Part shown: piece by piece, positions 1 through 11,917 of the stretch | How the letters are laid out: every line of letters begins with the position of its first letter | How positions within the stretch are numbered: position 1 is the stretch's first letter | Assembly (NCBI RefSeq): GCF_964194155.1 | Contig: NC_135881.1 | Coordinates: 187,426,001 to 187,490,000 of the forward strand | Direction: 5' to 3' | From: Cetorhinus maximus | Lineage: Eukaryota | DNA length: 64,000 bases | The notes under the pieces: model-generated | Database searches by the model: none | The model's input: the letters and a program-made list of their open reading frames with translations, nothing else | What the model was told of the DNA's origin: nothing | Program-made: the position numbers and the translations under genes

Positions 1-1076
1 ATCTGCTGCCCCTGTCCTTCTAGATGATAGTGGTCGTGGGTTTGGAAGGTGCTGTCTAAGGAGCCTTGGTGAATTCCTGCAGTGCATCTTGTAGATGGTA
101 CACACTGCTGCTACTGTGCGTCAGTGGTGGAGGGAGTGAATGTGGATGTGGTGCCAATCAAGCGGGCTGCTTTGTCCTGGATGGTGTCAAGCTTCATGAG
201 TGTTGTGGGAGCTGCACTCATCCAGGAAAGTGGGGAGTATTCCATCACATTCCTGACTTGTGCCTTGTAGATGGTGGACAGGATTTGGGGAGTCAGGAGG
301 TGGGTTACTCGTCACACGATTCTTAGCCTCTGACCTGCTCTTGCGGCCATAGTATTTATATGGCTAGTCCAGTTCAGTTTCTGGTCAATGGTAACCGCCA
401 GGATGTTGTCAGTGGGAGATTCAGCGATGATAATGCCATTGAACATCAAGGGGTGATGGTTGGATCCTCTCTTGTTGGAGATGGTCATTACCTGACACTT
501 GTGTGGCGCAAATGTTACTTGCCACTTGTCAGCCCAAGCCTAGGTATTGTCCAGGTCTTGCTGCATTTGAACATGGACTACTTCAGTATCTGAGGTGTCG
601 CGAATGGTGAACATTGTGCGATCATCAGCGAACATCCCCACTTCTGACCTTATGATGGAAGGAAAGTCATTGATGAAGCAGCTGGAGATGGTTGGGCCGA
701 GGACACTACCCTGAGGAACTCCTGCAGTGTTGTCCAGGCGCTGAGGTGACTAGCTTCCAACAACCACAACCATCTTCCTTTCTGCTAGGTATGACTCCAA
801 CCAGCAGAGAGTTTTCCCCCTGATTCCTATTGACTCCAGTTTTGCTAGGGCTCCTTGATGCCACACTCTGTCAAATGCAGCCTTGATGTTAAGGGCAGTC
901 ACTCTCACCTCACCTCAGGACTTCAGCTGTTTTGTCCATGTTTGAACCAAGGCTTTAATGAGGTCAGAAGCTGAGTGGCCCTGGCAGAACCCAAACCGGG
1001 CATCACTGACCAGGTTATTGCTAAGCAAGTGCCATTTGATTGCACTGTTGATGACCCCTTCCATTACTTTACTGAT

Positions 1077-1210
1077 ACTCTTTCGAGTTATCAACAGTCA
1101 CAGATTGCAACTCTTTTTGAGTACAATCACAGTTCTTGGTTTCCGGGAGTGGGACATGAACCCACAACCCTCTGATTCAAAGGCGAGGGTGCTATGAACT
1201 GAGCCACAGC
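1077..1210 (-). mobile_element. tRNA-derived SINE head inserted in the LINE
   Basis: Reverse complement GCTGTGGCTCAGTTCATAGCACCCTCGCC...GGGTTCATGTCCCACTCC with A/B-box-like motifs; resembles the head of the SINE at 32895. Confidence 0.6.
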
Positions 1211-1922
1211 GGAGAGTAGACTGATGGGCGGTAATTGGCCGGGTTGGATTTGTCCTGCTTTGTGTGTACAGGACATACCTAGACAATTTTCCACATAGCC
1301 GGATAGATGCCAGTGTTGTAGCTGTACTGGAACAGCTTGGCTAGGGGCATGGCAAGTTCTGGAGTATAAGTCTTCAGTACTATTGCCGGAATATTGTCAA
1401 GGCCCATAGCCTTTGCAGTATCCAGTGCCTTCAGCCATTTCTTGATATCACATGGAGTGAAAAGAATTGGCTGAAGACTGGCATCTGTGATGCTGGGGGT
1501 CTCCAGAGGAGGCCAAGATGAATCATCCACTCGGCACTTCTGGCTGAAGATTGTAGCAAATGCTTCAGCCTCATCTTTTACACTTATGCTGGGCTCCTCC
1601 ATCATTGAGGATGGGGATATATTTGTGGAGCCTCCTCCTCCAGTGAGTTGTTTTATTGTCCACCACCATTCATGACTTGATGTGGCAGGGTTGCAGAGTT
1701 TAGACCTGATCCGTTGGTTGTGGGATCACTTAGTTCTGTCTACCACTTGCTGCTTATGCTGTTTCGCACACAAGCAGTCCTGTGTTGACACCTTATTTTT
1801 AGCTATGCCTGGTGCTGCTCCTGGCATGCCCTCCTGCATTCTTCACTGAACCAGGGTTGATCCCCTGGCTTGAGGGTAATGGCAAATCGGGGGATATGCT
1901 GGGCCATGAGGTTACAGATTGT

Positions 1923-2140
1923 AGCATAATACTGCGGATGCTGGAAATCTGGAACAAAAACAAAAATACCCGGAAAAATTCAGCAGGTCTGACTGCATCT
2001 GTGGAGAGGAATACAGTTGACGTTTCGAGTCCGAATGACTTCTGATGGAGAGTCATTCGGACTCGAAACGTCAACTGTATTCCTCTCCGCAGATACTGTC
2101 AGACCTGCTGAGTTTTTCCAGGTATTTTTGTTTTTGTTTC
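1923..2140. mobile_element. Short Penelope-derived element, inverted pair of hammerhead-bearing terminal repeats
   Basis: About 90-bp inverted arms. TSD aggttacagattgt (1909-1922) / aggttatagattgt (2141-2154). Confidence 0.85.
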
Positions 2141-5070
2141 AGGTTATAGATTGTGTTTGAGTACAATTCTGCTGCTGATGGCCCACAGCCCTCATAGATG
2201 CCCAGTCTTGAGTTGCTAGATCTGTTCAAAATATATCCCATTTAGCACAGTGGTAGTGCCACACAACACGATGGAGGGTATGCTCAATGTGAAGGCGGAA
2301 TGAGGATAAGGTCAAGTATGTTTTTCCCTCTTGTTGGTTCCCTCAACTCGTGCCGCAGACCCAGTCTTGCAGCTATGTCATTTAGGACTCGGCCAGCTCG
2401 GTCAGTAGTGGTGCTACCGAGCCACTCTTGGTGATGGACATTGAAGTCCCCTACCCAGGGTACATTCTGCACCCTTGTCACCCTCAGTGCTTCCTCCAAG
2501 TGGTGTTCAACATGTAGGAATACTGATTCATCAGCTGAGGGAAGGTGGTACATGGTAATTAGCAGGAGGTTTCCTTGTCCATGTTTGACCTGACGCCATG
2601 AGACTTCATGGGGTCCAGAGTCAATGTTGAGGACTCCTAGGGCAACTCCCTCCCGACTGTATACCACTGTGCCGCCACCTCTGCTGGGCCTGTCCTTCCG
2701 GTGGGACAGGACATACCCAGGGATGGTGATGGTGGTGTCTGGGACATGATCTGTAAGGTACTATTCTGTAAGTAAGACTATGTCAGGCAGTTGCTTGACT
2801 AGTCTGTGAGATAGCTCTCCCACTAGTCCCCAGATGTAAGGAGGACTTTGCAGGATCGACAGGGCTGGAACATGAGAATTTCTTGATGAACAAAGACCAA
2901 GGTCAGTTGCCTAATCTTGGCAAACAATCTCCATCAATTAGTCTACAACAGACCCAGTCATGATAAGCGGAAAATTACAATAGAGAGAGCTTTGGGAATC
3001 ATAAGTCCAAGGTCATCTGTTCCTCCCAAGCATGCTGCAGTTACCGAACATCATGTCACAAATTCAGATACAAGATATTGCTTTCTGAAAAAAAAAATCC
3101 ATTTTATTTGCACTTGAATGAATCAATCAATATGAACTGCTTCCATCTTGGGGGAATCCTATTGCACAGATTGACCACTTACTCACTGAAACATGGGCTA
3201 GCCTTTCTCGGAGGCCAGCAGCCGGGGAGGGGGCAAACCCCCTTTGCTGGGACCCGGGGCACCATTTTATAGGATGCTGCCCAAGCTGCTGTTGAATTAA
3301 AGTTGATCGCTCACCCTCAGGAGCTACCATCCAAATTGGAGGGCTGGCAGCTCAGCAGCATCATCGGGAATGGTAGCCACCACTGGGGTGACACCTACAG
3401 GACAAGGGCACATGGATGGACATGTGCCTTCAAAGTAAGGTAAGTGGAATATTGGGGGTGCCGGACAGGCCCTAGTGAAGTGGGAAGGGGGTTGCTGAAG
3501 ATAGGTGGCGCCAATAGCGCGGGTTTGGCCGTTGCTGCTGGGGTGCCCCTTCCTGGCCCAAATAGTGCCCAAAAAAAGGAGACCCCCCACTCGCTGGAGC
3601 CCACTGGGAAGGCAGCAGGTATCACCGGTCCACATGTGGTGAAGGTAACCCCCCCCCCCCACCCCTCTACCCCACTGCTGTTAAAATTCCAGAAGAGGTG
3701 GGAAGAGGCTCTTAACTGGCCACTTACATGGCTCAACTGGGCTCTGGGACAGATGATTTTGGTCTCTGCCCCCCTTTCCCCCCTGGCAAAATCATACAGC
3801 TCCATAAGGCACAGGCGCTCCAACCGATGCCTTCCCACGCCATTTTGCCAGCCTTCCCATTTTGGCTATTGTTTCCGCAGTGTAGTTTTGAATTTGCTGC
3901 ACTTCAGGCAACAGCCATGTTATCTGGTGCTACTGTTATGGAAAGGGTGAGATAGCTTGTCAGGGTCGACATGCGAGGTGTGGAGAAGTCACATTACAAA
4001 AGCAGACTGAAGAGGCATTTGGCCTGTGATTCACCTAGAAGTTTTGGATTCTGACACCTGACTTAAGATGTGAAAGGTTTTCCATTTCTCAGCAGGCTTC
4101 CATATGATGAATCTGCTGAAACCCCACCTGTCAAAAAAAAAGCCTTGTGGTAATTTAATGGAAACTTAATTGAATTAAGATAATGATCAGCCATGATTGA
4201 ATTGAATGGTGGAATAGGCTTGAGGGGTTGAATGGCCTTCTCCTATACCTCTGATTCTTCCTCCTGTTCCTTTCCCTTGGGGGGTTAGAAAAAACATTCT
4301 AATCTAAAACATTTAAGTCAGATTTTATAAGAGTGAATAACCACAAAATGAATGAACCTTCAATAAACACGAAAGGATAATCATCTCTAGCTCGATTCTT
4401 GTAGATAATCCATGTTGGAAAAGTTGGAAAAGATCGCTTAACTATCTGAGCATGAGAACAAATCCATTGTATCCTGCCTTATCTGAATAAGATTCTGTCT
4501 GTCATAGAATTATATGAACTGATTTAGCACAGAGGCTGCCATTCGGCTGATCATGCCTCAGCTGGATTTGAATAAGCTATCCAATTAATTCCATGCTCCC
4601 TGCTCTTTCCCCATAACCCTGTAATGTTTTTTCCTTCTGAGGCATTTATCCAATTTCCTTTTGAAAGTTTTTATTGAATCTGCTTCTATCACCCTTTCAG
4701 GCAGTGCATTCCAGATCATAACACCTCTCATCTCCCCCTCTGACTGTTTTGCCAATTGCCTTAAATCTGTCCTCTCTGGATACTGGCTCATCTAGAAAAC
4801 TGCTATTGAACACTTTCCTTGAAAGACATTTTACTGGACTGAAGAACAAAAGAAATAAATATACATCAAATAGAAAACGGATTAAATTCAATAATCTAGA
4901 TGGTTTGATAATTCTTTTCAAGGAAATGTTTTAAAATATTTTCCCAGTTGAAGTGTGAATCATTTGTTACTAATAGTCGTTGGCAGTGGGCAGTATTAAT
5001 TGATCTAGAAATTACCTAACCATTTATTTACAACTCAGTTTTGAAAGTATTTATTTCTTTCTGTCGACAG

Positions 5071-5181
5071 ATAGGCAACAGTTCTCGATCTCTGCCCGTT
5101 ATGGTCTATTTTCACCACGGTTCCCTCCAGTCAGGGGCGGCTGGGGCACATGACATGAAGAATCTTGCAGCATATGGACAG
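5071..5181 (+). CDS. Cholinesterase-like (neuroligin-like) membrane protein, first exon visible in the window; upstream exons not found in the window
   Basis: ag|ATA...CAG|gt, 111 nt, phase 0/0. Translates IGNSSRSLPVMVYFHHGSLQSGAAGAHDMKNLAAYGQ, matching the type-B carboxylesterase LPVMVWIHGG segment. Confidence 0.9.
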
Positions 5182-6143
5182 GTAAAAAGGGAATGCAGAT
5201 AATGTCCATCATTTCTTGAAGGCATGGTAGAGGGGCATGAGCTGAAAATTTGCAAATCAACAGGCTCAGGGAAATAGCTATTTCCTTGGACCAGTCTAGT
5301 GTGGAAATATTTCACCAATTTTAGTATTGTAGTTGCTTTTTTCTGTCATTTCATACTGCACATTATTCATGCCACATTATTAATGTTTACTATCATCATT
5401 GGAAGAATTTTCAGTCTAATTAACAGTCTGACAGGGTGGTGTTATCATTATTCTTGTATCTTCACACATTTCTCATGGAGAATAACGTGAATTAGTATAA
5501 ATATTTATGGACTGATTAACAGGCCACATTGCTCCTTCGATGACCATAACTGCCTTTATTTTATAACCTCCAGCAATAGGGTGGTAAGTGCTATCACATA
5601 CATTGGGGTGGGTGGGTGGGGGGGAGGGGGAAGAAGGTGGTGGGTAAGTTTATGGCCTCTCACAACCCGTACAATTGGTGGGACAACGGGCACATCCACT
5701 GGACACAAGTATTCCTCTGGATGCCAACACTGAATTCAGAGCCGCAGCTTTGGTCTCCACTCGGAGACTGTCCGGAGTGGCACTGGAAAGCTGCACATTC
5801 TGACTCAGAAGGAGGAACGCTACCACTGAGCTAAAGACCCCATTCTGTCTAAAGACTCACTTCATTCGGTCTAGGTGGTTGTCCATTTGAGAAATCTGTG
5901 AGCAGCTCTCCCTACAATGAAGTATCGTTATTGTAAAACAAAGAAAAACATACTCGAAGTTTTCTTTTTGTTGGAGCGAGAGACAGCATAGTTGAGATTC
6001 AGTCAACTAAATAAAACATATTAAATGTTAACGGAAAATTAAGTAAAAAGCAATTCATATGAAATGCATTCTATATAAAGATGTCATGGGAGGCTGGTGC
6101 TGGAATTATATAGCAAAGTATTAAAATACTTCAATTTAGTCAC

Positions 6144-6288
6144 AAAAATAAAAGCAAAATACTGCAGGTGCTGGAGATCAGAGTTTTTCTCTGAAGAAGA
6201 GTCACATTGGAATAAAACGTTAACTCTGTTTCTCTCTCCACAGATGCTGCCAGACCTATGAGTTTTTCTAGCGCTTTTTGTTTTTTAT
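6144..6288 (+). mobile_element. Short Penelope-derived element (degenerate hammerhead)
   Basis: CTGAAGA agagtc...AAACGTTAAC plus the family tail. TSD ttcaatttagtcac (6130-6143) / ttcaatttattcac (6289-6302). Confidence 0.8.
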
Positions 6289-6412
6289 TTCAATTTATTC
6301 ACTTCCCTCTTATTTAAGCGCCATGGGACATTTGGGGTGTTAGTAAATGCCTGTTGCTTGTGGGTTTGAGCAGAATGTGGTGTGCTATGATATAATTAAT
6401 TGGACTTTGCAG

Positions 6413-7068
6413 GTCGTAGTGGTGGAATTCAACTACCGTCTTGGGCTTCTTGGCTTTCTCAGCACTCTGGATGTAAACGCTCCCGGCAACCTTGGTTTCT
6501 TGGACATGATCAAAGGCCTTCAGTGGATAAAACACAACATCCAGAACTTTGGGGGAGATCCCAGCTCCATCACAGTGTTTGGCCATGGGGCTGGAGGGTT
6601 AGCAGTGGGTTATCTTCTGTTGTCGCCCCTAACCAAAGGCCTCTTCCACAGAGCCATTTCCAGTAGCGGCAATGCTTTGGTACCTGATTTCATCACAAAG
6701 CCTGGCAACTATTACTCTGACCCTCTTGTTGCTAGCCGAGAACTGGCCAAAGCACTAGACTGTCCAACTGATAATAATGTAAAGATGGTGGAATGTCTCC
6801 GAACAAAACCAGTGGAATCTCTTCTCAATGCCCCAGTGCCCAAGCCAAAATATGGGCCAAAGTTCCTTCCTGTTGTCGATGGTGTTTTCTTACAGGAGCT
6901 GCCTCAGGAGTCGCTTTTCAAAGGAAACTATATGAAAGTTCCTTACATTATAGGACTTACCAACGATGAGGCAGGGGATCAGCTTGTTGATCTTTTGGGT
7001 AATGGTGATGGAATTACCACAGAGACTTATCATAAGTTGGTGCTGGACTATGCCTACAGTCATTTCCG
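6413..7068 (+). CDS. Cholinesterase-like protein, large central exon with the nucleophile elbow (GHGAG)
   Basis: ttgcag|GTC...CG|gtatgt, 656 nt, phase 0/2. Contains NYRLGLLGFLS, GNLGFLD, FGGDPSSITVFGHGAGG, GLFHRAISSSG, the Cys loop CPTDNNVKMVECLR, PVVDG and GLTNDEAG. Confidence 0.95.
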
Positions 7069-9030
7069 GTATGTATAAGTTTTGTCTTTTTTTTGTTATT
7101 TTTCCACTCTGATTTTTTTTGCACTTACATTCTTGCTGAGGGACAGGTGAATTTGGACCTATGGGCCTCAAAGCTCTTCACCGCTAATTGCTATGATTAG
7201 TGAACAAACCCATTATTGTTGATCACACAACTACCAGGATGGTAGAAGGCAAACCAGATGGACCATTAACAATTGCTATATGAAGAATTGCCTATGTTTC
7301 TTGAAGGTGGTACAGAACACCCATGGAGTTCCTCTCAACACCCTTCCACAGGTCTCCTATAAAACCCTTTCAGTAAATTGTTTTATTCTGCTTCTGGTTT
7401 TGAAGATTCCAAATGCAGTGCAGTTTCCATGCAAAGTGAAAGTCTGTCTGGTCGCTAGATGCTACAGTTCCACAAGAGCCAAGCTATCTTCTCAAACTAC
7501 GTTCAAGTGATTATATTTCATGCGGGACCCGAAGATAGTCTATACTGCAGGAAGTTTGAGTGGGGCTGGTGAGAAAGAGAGATGGTAAAGTAAGAAAGGG
7601 AATCACAGCCAAGTTTGATTCTGTCTGAACTCAATGTGCCCACGTATGACGCTACCAGCAGGGATGGGAATCAGGATAAGAAAACTTGTCTGATTTTTGT
7701 GTCTCTGCCTAACCCCTGACATTAAAACTAATGTTATTGCCTTTTCTGTGGCCCTGATTGAAATCAGCAAACTCGGGGATCAATTCTGTGACCTTCAGGG
7801 CTCAGGTCTACACCTTGGAATTGGAGCGTTTTTTTTTTTAAACGGACTGTAGCAATAACATCCGAAAGTGCAATATTCCATGTGTGTGTATTTGAATTGT
7901 TGATCCGCATTATGCTCGCTATGTGTCAATTGACATTTACTTAATCAATTAAAAGGCAGGAACTTACTCAAGTGTTCTTCCAATCAACTTTTCCTTAGTT
8001 TATGCCGAATCGATAGAGGTCAAGGAGGAGAGCCTCCTCCACTCTCTGCCCTCAAGAAAATTCCTAGTGAGAATCTTCAGATGTAATCAAGTAGTCATGG
8101 TACAGATTGTACTAACCAATTGAAAAGCACAAATTTCCATGCTATATCTCAGAATATTTCAAAAAGTCCTGATCAACTTCCAAACTTCCTCAGCTGTCTA
8201 GAGTAGTGAAAGTGAAAGGCACACTACCAAAAGGTTCTGGGCACACTTGAGGACTATCAATACAAGTCGATTGCAAGCCATTGATTCCTGAATTCGTTGA
8301 ATTTCTGCTGCCTCTAACCAAAGATCAGCAGAATCAAGTTCCTATTGTTGATAGACACCACTCATCTCCCGGATTAAATGATTTATTATTTGTTTTAACT
8401 AAATCCCCTACTTTCCTCCCCTTCGATCATGACTTCCATTTTCTAATGTTAGATTTTTAAATGTTATTTACAGTACTTAATTATCTTTATTACCTCCTCC
8501 TTTGTTACCATGAAGATTCTGTAACACCCCTCCAGGCTTCTTTCAAAAAATAACATTTTGCGATATAGTTTGAGTAATTTGAGACATGACATGGTAAGTG
8601 CAGCATGCTAGGGAGGAACAGGTGAATTATGAGCCCCAAAGCTCTCCATTACTGAGGTTTTTTTCAAGTCATGTCTAGGTCTGTTGTAGTTTAATCGACA
8701 AAGACTAATCGCTATGATCAATGAACAAACCCATTTTTGTTGATCACGTGAATACCGGGATGGTAGTAAGCAAACTAGATGGACCATTAGCAATTGCTAA
8801 ATGAAGAGCAGCCTATGTTTCTTTAAGGTGGTAAAGAACACCCATGGCGTCCTAACAACACCCATCCACTGATCTCCTATAAAATCCTTTCACAGACCCA
8901 AAGGTGGATCTCAAATTGTTATATTCTGCTTCTAGTTTTGAAGATTTCAAATGCATCCATGCAAAGTGAAAGTCTCTCTGGTCACCAAGTAAGTAAAATA
9001 CAAAATAACTTCCAATGTTATTTCCTACAG

Positions 9031-9216
9031 ATTCAATCCATCCCAGATTGCAGATGTTATCAGCTTTTTTTACAGAGACTTCACATGCCCAAATGATCCG
9101 GCTGCCCTTAGAGAAGGCTTCAGAGACCTAGTTCAGGACTGCAAGTGGTTGACACCAAGTTACCAATTAGCAGACCAACACTCAAGCAGGGCAGAAACCT
9201 TTCTGTATATTTACAG
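9031..9216 (+). CDS. Cholinesterase-like protein, internal exon
   Basis: ctacag|A...AG|gtaaag, 186 nt, phase 2/2. FNPSQIADVISFFYRDFTCPNDPAALREGFRDLVQDCKWLTPSYQLADQHSSRAETFLYIY resembles AChE YTDW..PEDPARLREAL and neuroligin DHQWVAP..ADLHS. Confidence 0.9.
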
Positions 9217-9289
9217 GTAAAGTACCTCTAAAGTTGTAGAATTGACTTGATCAATTCCATATATTAGTAGGGTTTTTTTGCCTGATATT

Positions 9290-9636
9290 GGTTGATTTCT
9301 CATAGCTCTGCTTCTCAGAGACCCAGGGTAATGCTCTAGGGAATCCAGGTTCAAATCCCATAACTGTAGATGGTGAAATTAAAATTCAGTAAAAAAAAAT
9401 CTGAAATTAAAAATTCTGATGATGACCATGAAACCATTGCTAATTGTTGTAAAAACCCATCTGGTTCACTAATGTCCTTTAGGGAAGCAAATCTACCATC
9501 TGGCCTACATGTGACTCCAAAGCCACAGCAATGTGGTTGACTCATAAATGCCCTCTGAACAAGGGCAATTAGGGATGAGCAATAAATGCTGGCCGAGCCA
9601 GCGACACCCACCTCCCATGAACGAATAAAGAAAAAA
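9290..9636 (+). mobile_element. SINE whose 3' tail matches the LINE family at 17335 and 34797
   Basis: B-box-like GGTTCAAATCC; tail aagggcaattagggatgagcaataaatgctggcc...cccatgaacgaataaag followed by an A-run. Confidence 0.75.
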
Positions 9637-10901
9637 CTAGCTGAGACTCCAGTGAGATGAGTCAGCCACTGTTGGGTCGGGAACCAATTTTAACTAATTA
9701 CCTAACTGACTACCCTACAGATGCCTCTAAGCAGGGGCTTTGTTTGTTTATCACTGATACAAACTGAAAGTAAGCATAATTTACCGTTATGGTTAAGTTA
9801 AATGCTAAACGCAAACTTGACTTGATAATAGAAAGAGATTAACTCTTAAAACTCCCTTACTTACCAAATTCCCAGATTTAAGTACAGCGTTCAGGCTCAA
9901 GCTGCCACCTTTATGCAACTTACTTTTCATATTTTTGTCTGTCTCTCCCTCTCACACTCCTATTGCTGTTTATCCTGTACTTTCTTGTCTTGAGTTGAGG
10001 CTGAAGTTGATACAAAAACTGGGACTGAAGATGCCTCAGAGAATGCAATCTGGAAATTCCTATAGAATGCACGCACAGCATTCATTTTATCTATCCAATC
10101 CATCACCTTTTCAAAAGAACTCATTAAGTTTATCAGATTAACATACCTTTACCAAATCTATGCCTGTAATTAACTCATGTATTTCAAAATGCTCAGTATC
10201 TCAAATCATGGATTCTCAGACAACTTGTTGTACTCATTGGTGTATCTTTCTGTTAAAAGATGGCAGAGAAGTCACAATAGTAATCTTGAGCCTAATGAAT
10301 CTTTGCAAAACTTTCAGTATTCTCCCCAGAAGTTTTGAGACCGTAAGAGGGTTAAATGGACAGCATAGGGTTACAAAAAAAAGTTAGTTCACTATTCATG
10401 AGAGTCATGTGCAGCTCTAGTTCAGTTTGATTGGACAGACATTTGATAAACTAGAGAGAGTGATTTATCTGTTGTTGTGATGAGAATTGGACTGAAGTTA
10501 TTTACTTTCAAATCTTTATTCTTTAATGATGTAAAATACTCACTCAAGGAGTTCGCTGCAGATTTCCAAAATTGACTTTTCAGTTCTTAGACTATCATGG
10601 CTCCTCTGTTAATGAAGGCCACTGCTAAGGGCCAATCAGCTGTTTACTTTTGGGTTGGGATTATGACTCCAATAAAAAAAGGCTTAAAATTAATATCCAG
10701 GGACTTCTGGCTTAGTTCAATTTTATTTTGAAGTAGGCTTTGAAGGAAAAAAAACACATGCTGCAACTAGCCAAAGCCCCAGTCATTATTTTTTTTAAAA
10801 ATCAGTCCCATCCCATGGGTTATTAGAATCAGTTGAAGTGATTATAACTAACATTTTGTTGCATTTTGATTATATTTTTTAAAGATATCTGTATAATTGT
10901 A

Positions 10902-11121
10902 TAATAAAAGCAAAATACTGCAAATGCTGGAAATCTGAAATAAAAACAAAGTGCTGGAAAGACTCAGCAGTTCTGGCAGCATCCACAGTGGGAGAAACAG
11001 AATTAACGTTTGGAGTTCAATATGAGTTCCAAAGAAGAGTCATATTAGACTCAAAATGTTAACTGTTTCTCTCTCCACAGATACTGCCAGACTTGCTAAG
11101 TCTCCAGCACTCTGTTTTTAC
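10902..11121. mobile_element. Short Penelope-derived element, inverted pair, degenerate
   Basis: Inverted family repeats. TSD ctgtataattgta (10889-10901) / ctgtataatggta (11122-11134). Confidence 0.8.
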
Positions 11122-11479
11122 CTGTATAATGGTAATCTTATGTCTTTGTGCTCAAGTAAGGTGCAAGTGAGCCTATTCCCTTTTTCTGGCCACCAAGGGT
11201 TAAACATCACTCTCTGGTCAAGCTCACCAATTAGATGTGGGGTAAAGCTCTGTCAAAAGAAAAAAAAAGCCTCAATCCCAAACTCACAAGAATGTCCTTA
11301 CTGGTGCAGTGAGACAAGTTGCCCAATTTGTCAATAAACTATCCTTTGGCCACATTTAGTCAATTCATATTAGGGGTGGTTCTGTGGCAGTAACAGCGCT
11401 CATTAGGAATTAGGTGGCAATTTTATTTTAATTCTTGTGTATTTAGAAAAAATAAATCAAGTGCTGATTTTCTTTCCAG

Positions 11480-11653
11480 CCATCGTTCCTCCTTTTCCCA
11501 GAATCCTCCATGGACTGGAGCTTCTCACTTGGATGATTTACTTTATCTGCTTGGGGACCCTGTTGCCAAAAGTCCAGCCCACCAGTATAATGAAGCAGAG
11601 AAACAACTATCTCTCAGTCTCATGGCTTACTGGACAAATTTCGCACACAGCGG
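11480..11653 (+). CDS. Cholinesterase-like protein, exon with the triad-His region
   Basis: ttccag|C...GG|gtaagg, 174 nt, phase 2/2. HRSSFSQNPPWTGASHLDDLLYLLGDP...LSLSLMAYWTNFAHSG. Confidence 0.92.
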
Positions 11654-11917
11654 GTAAGGCAATATTTCCAGTGGCATTATTATTTTAAAATAAAGTTATT
11701 ATTTCATTTTTCTCTTGCCATCATCCAGCAGCTTTTGCCCTCCCCACCTTTCCCCTTCAAAGGTCAAGTGGTCCTGCTGTCAGGTCTCTGCCAATGCTGT
11801 TCTTATACTGACTACGAGGAAGAGCAACAGGAGAGCAGCCATGGGATCTTGGCTCCTAATGCGCACCTTTCCAGTTTAGTTATCTGAAGCAAACATTTTC
11901 TTTGCCATAACATACTC

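Larger units (their letters stand above)
1..2866 (-). mobile_element. Decayed LINE (CR1/L2 group) with endonuclease and RT fragments
   Basis: Minus-strand fragments WVGDFNVHHQEWLGS...NILDLI (APE endonuclease) and KAMGLDNIPAIVLK..PELAMPLAKLFQYSYNTGIYPAMWK (pre-RT). Same family as 17335-18485 and 34797-35920. Confidence 0.9.

Noticed and set aside
1140-1210. tRNA-like sequence, also at about 32900
   Set aside because: SINE heads without a complete cloverleaf; not tRNA genes.
3324-3955. Overlapping 112-168 aa ORFs on both strands
   Set aside because: No recognisable domain; GC-rich, MITE-like repeat sequence where long chance ORFs are expected.
1-5070. Search for upstream esterase exons (signal peptide, SEDCLYLN motif)
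   Set aside because: None recognised by eye; probably upstream of the window.
6347-6412. ORF-track N-terminus MPVACGFEQ... of the 243-aa esterase ORF
   Set aside because: Intronic read-through; homology begins at the acceptor at 6413.
6413-7068. Calling the gene an active carboxylesterase, an NLGN orthologue or a pseudogene
   Set aside because: The catalytic Ser is absent; the tail and intron positions differ from NLGN; all exons are open with canonical splice sites. No gene symbol assigned.
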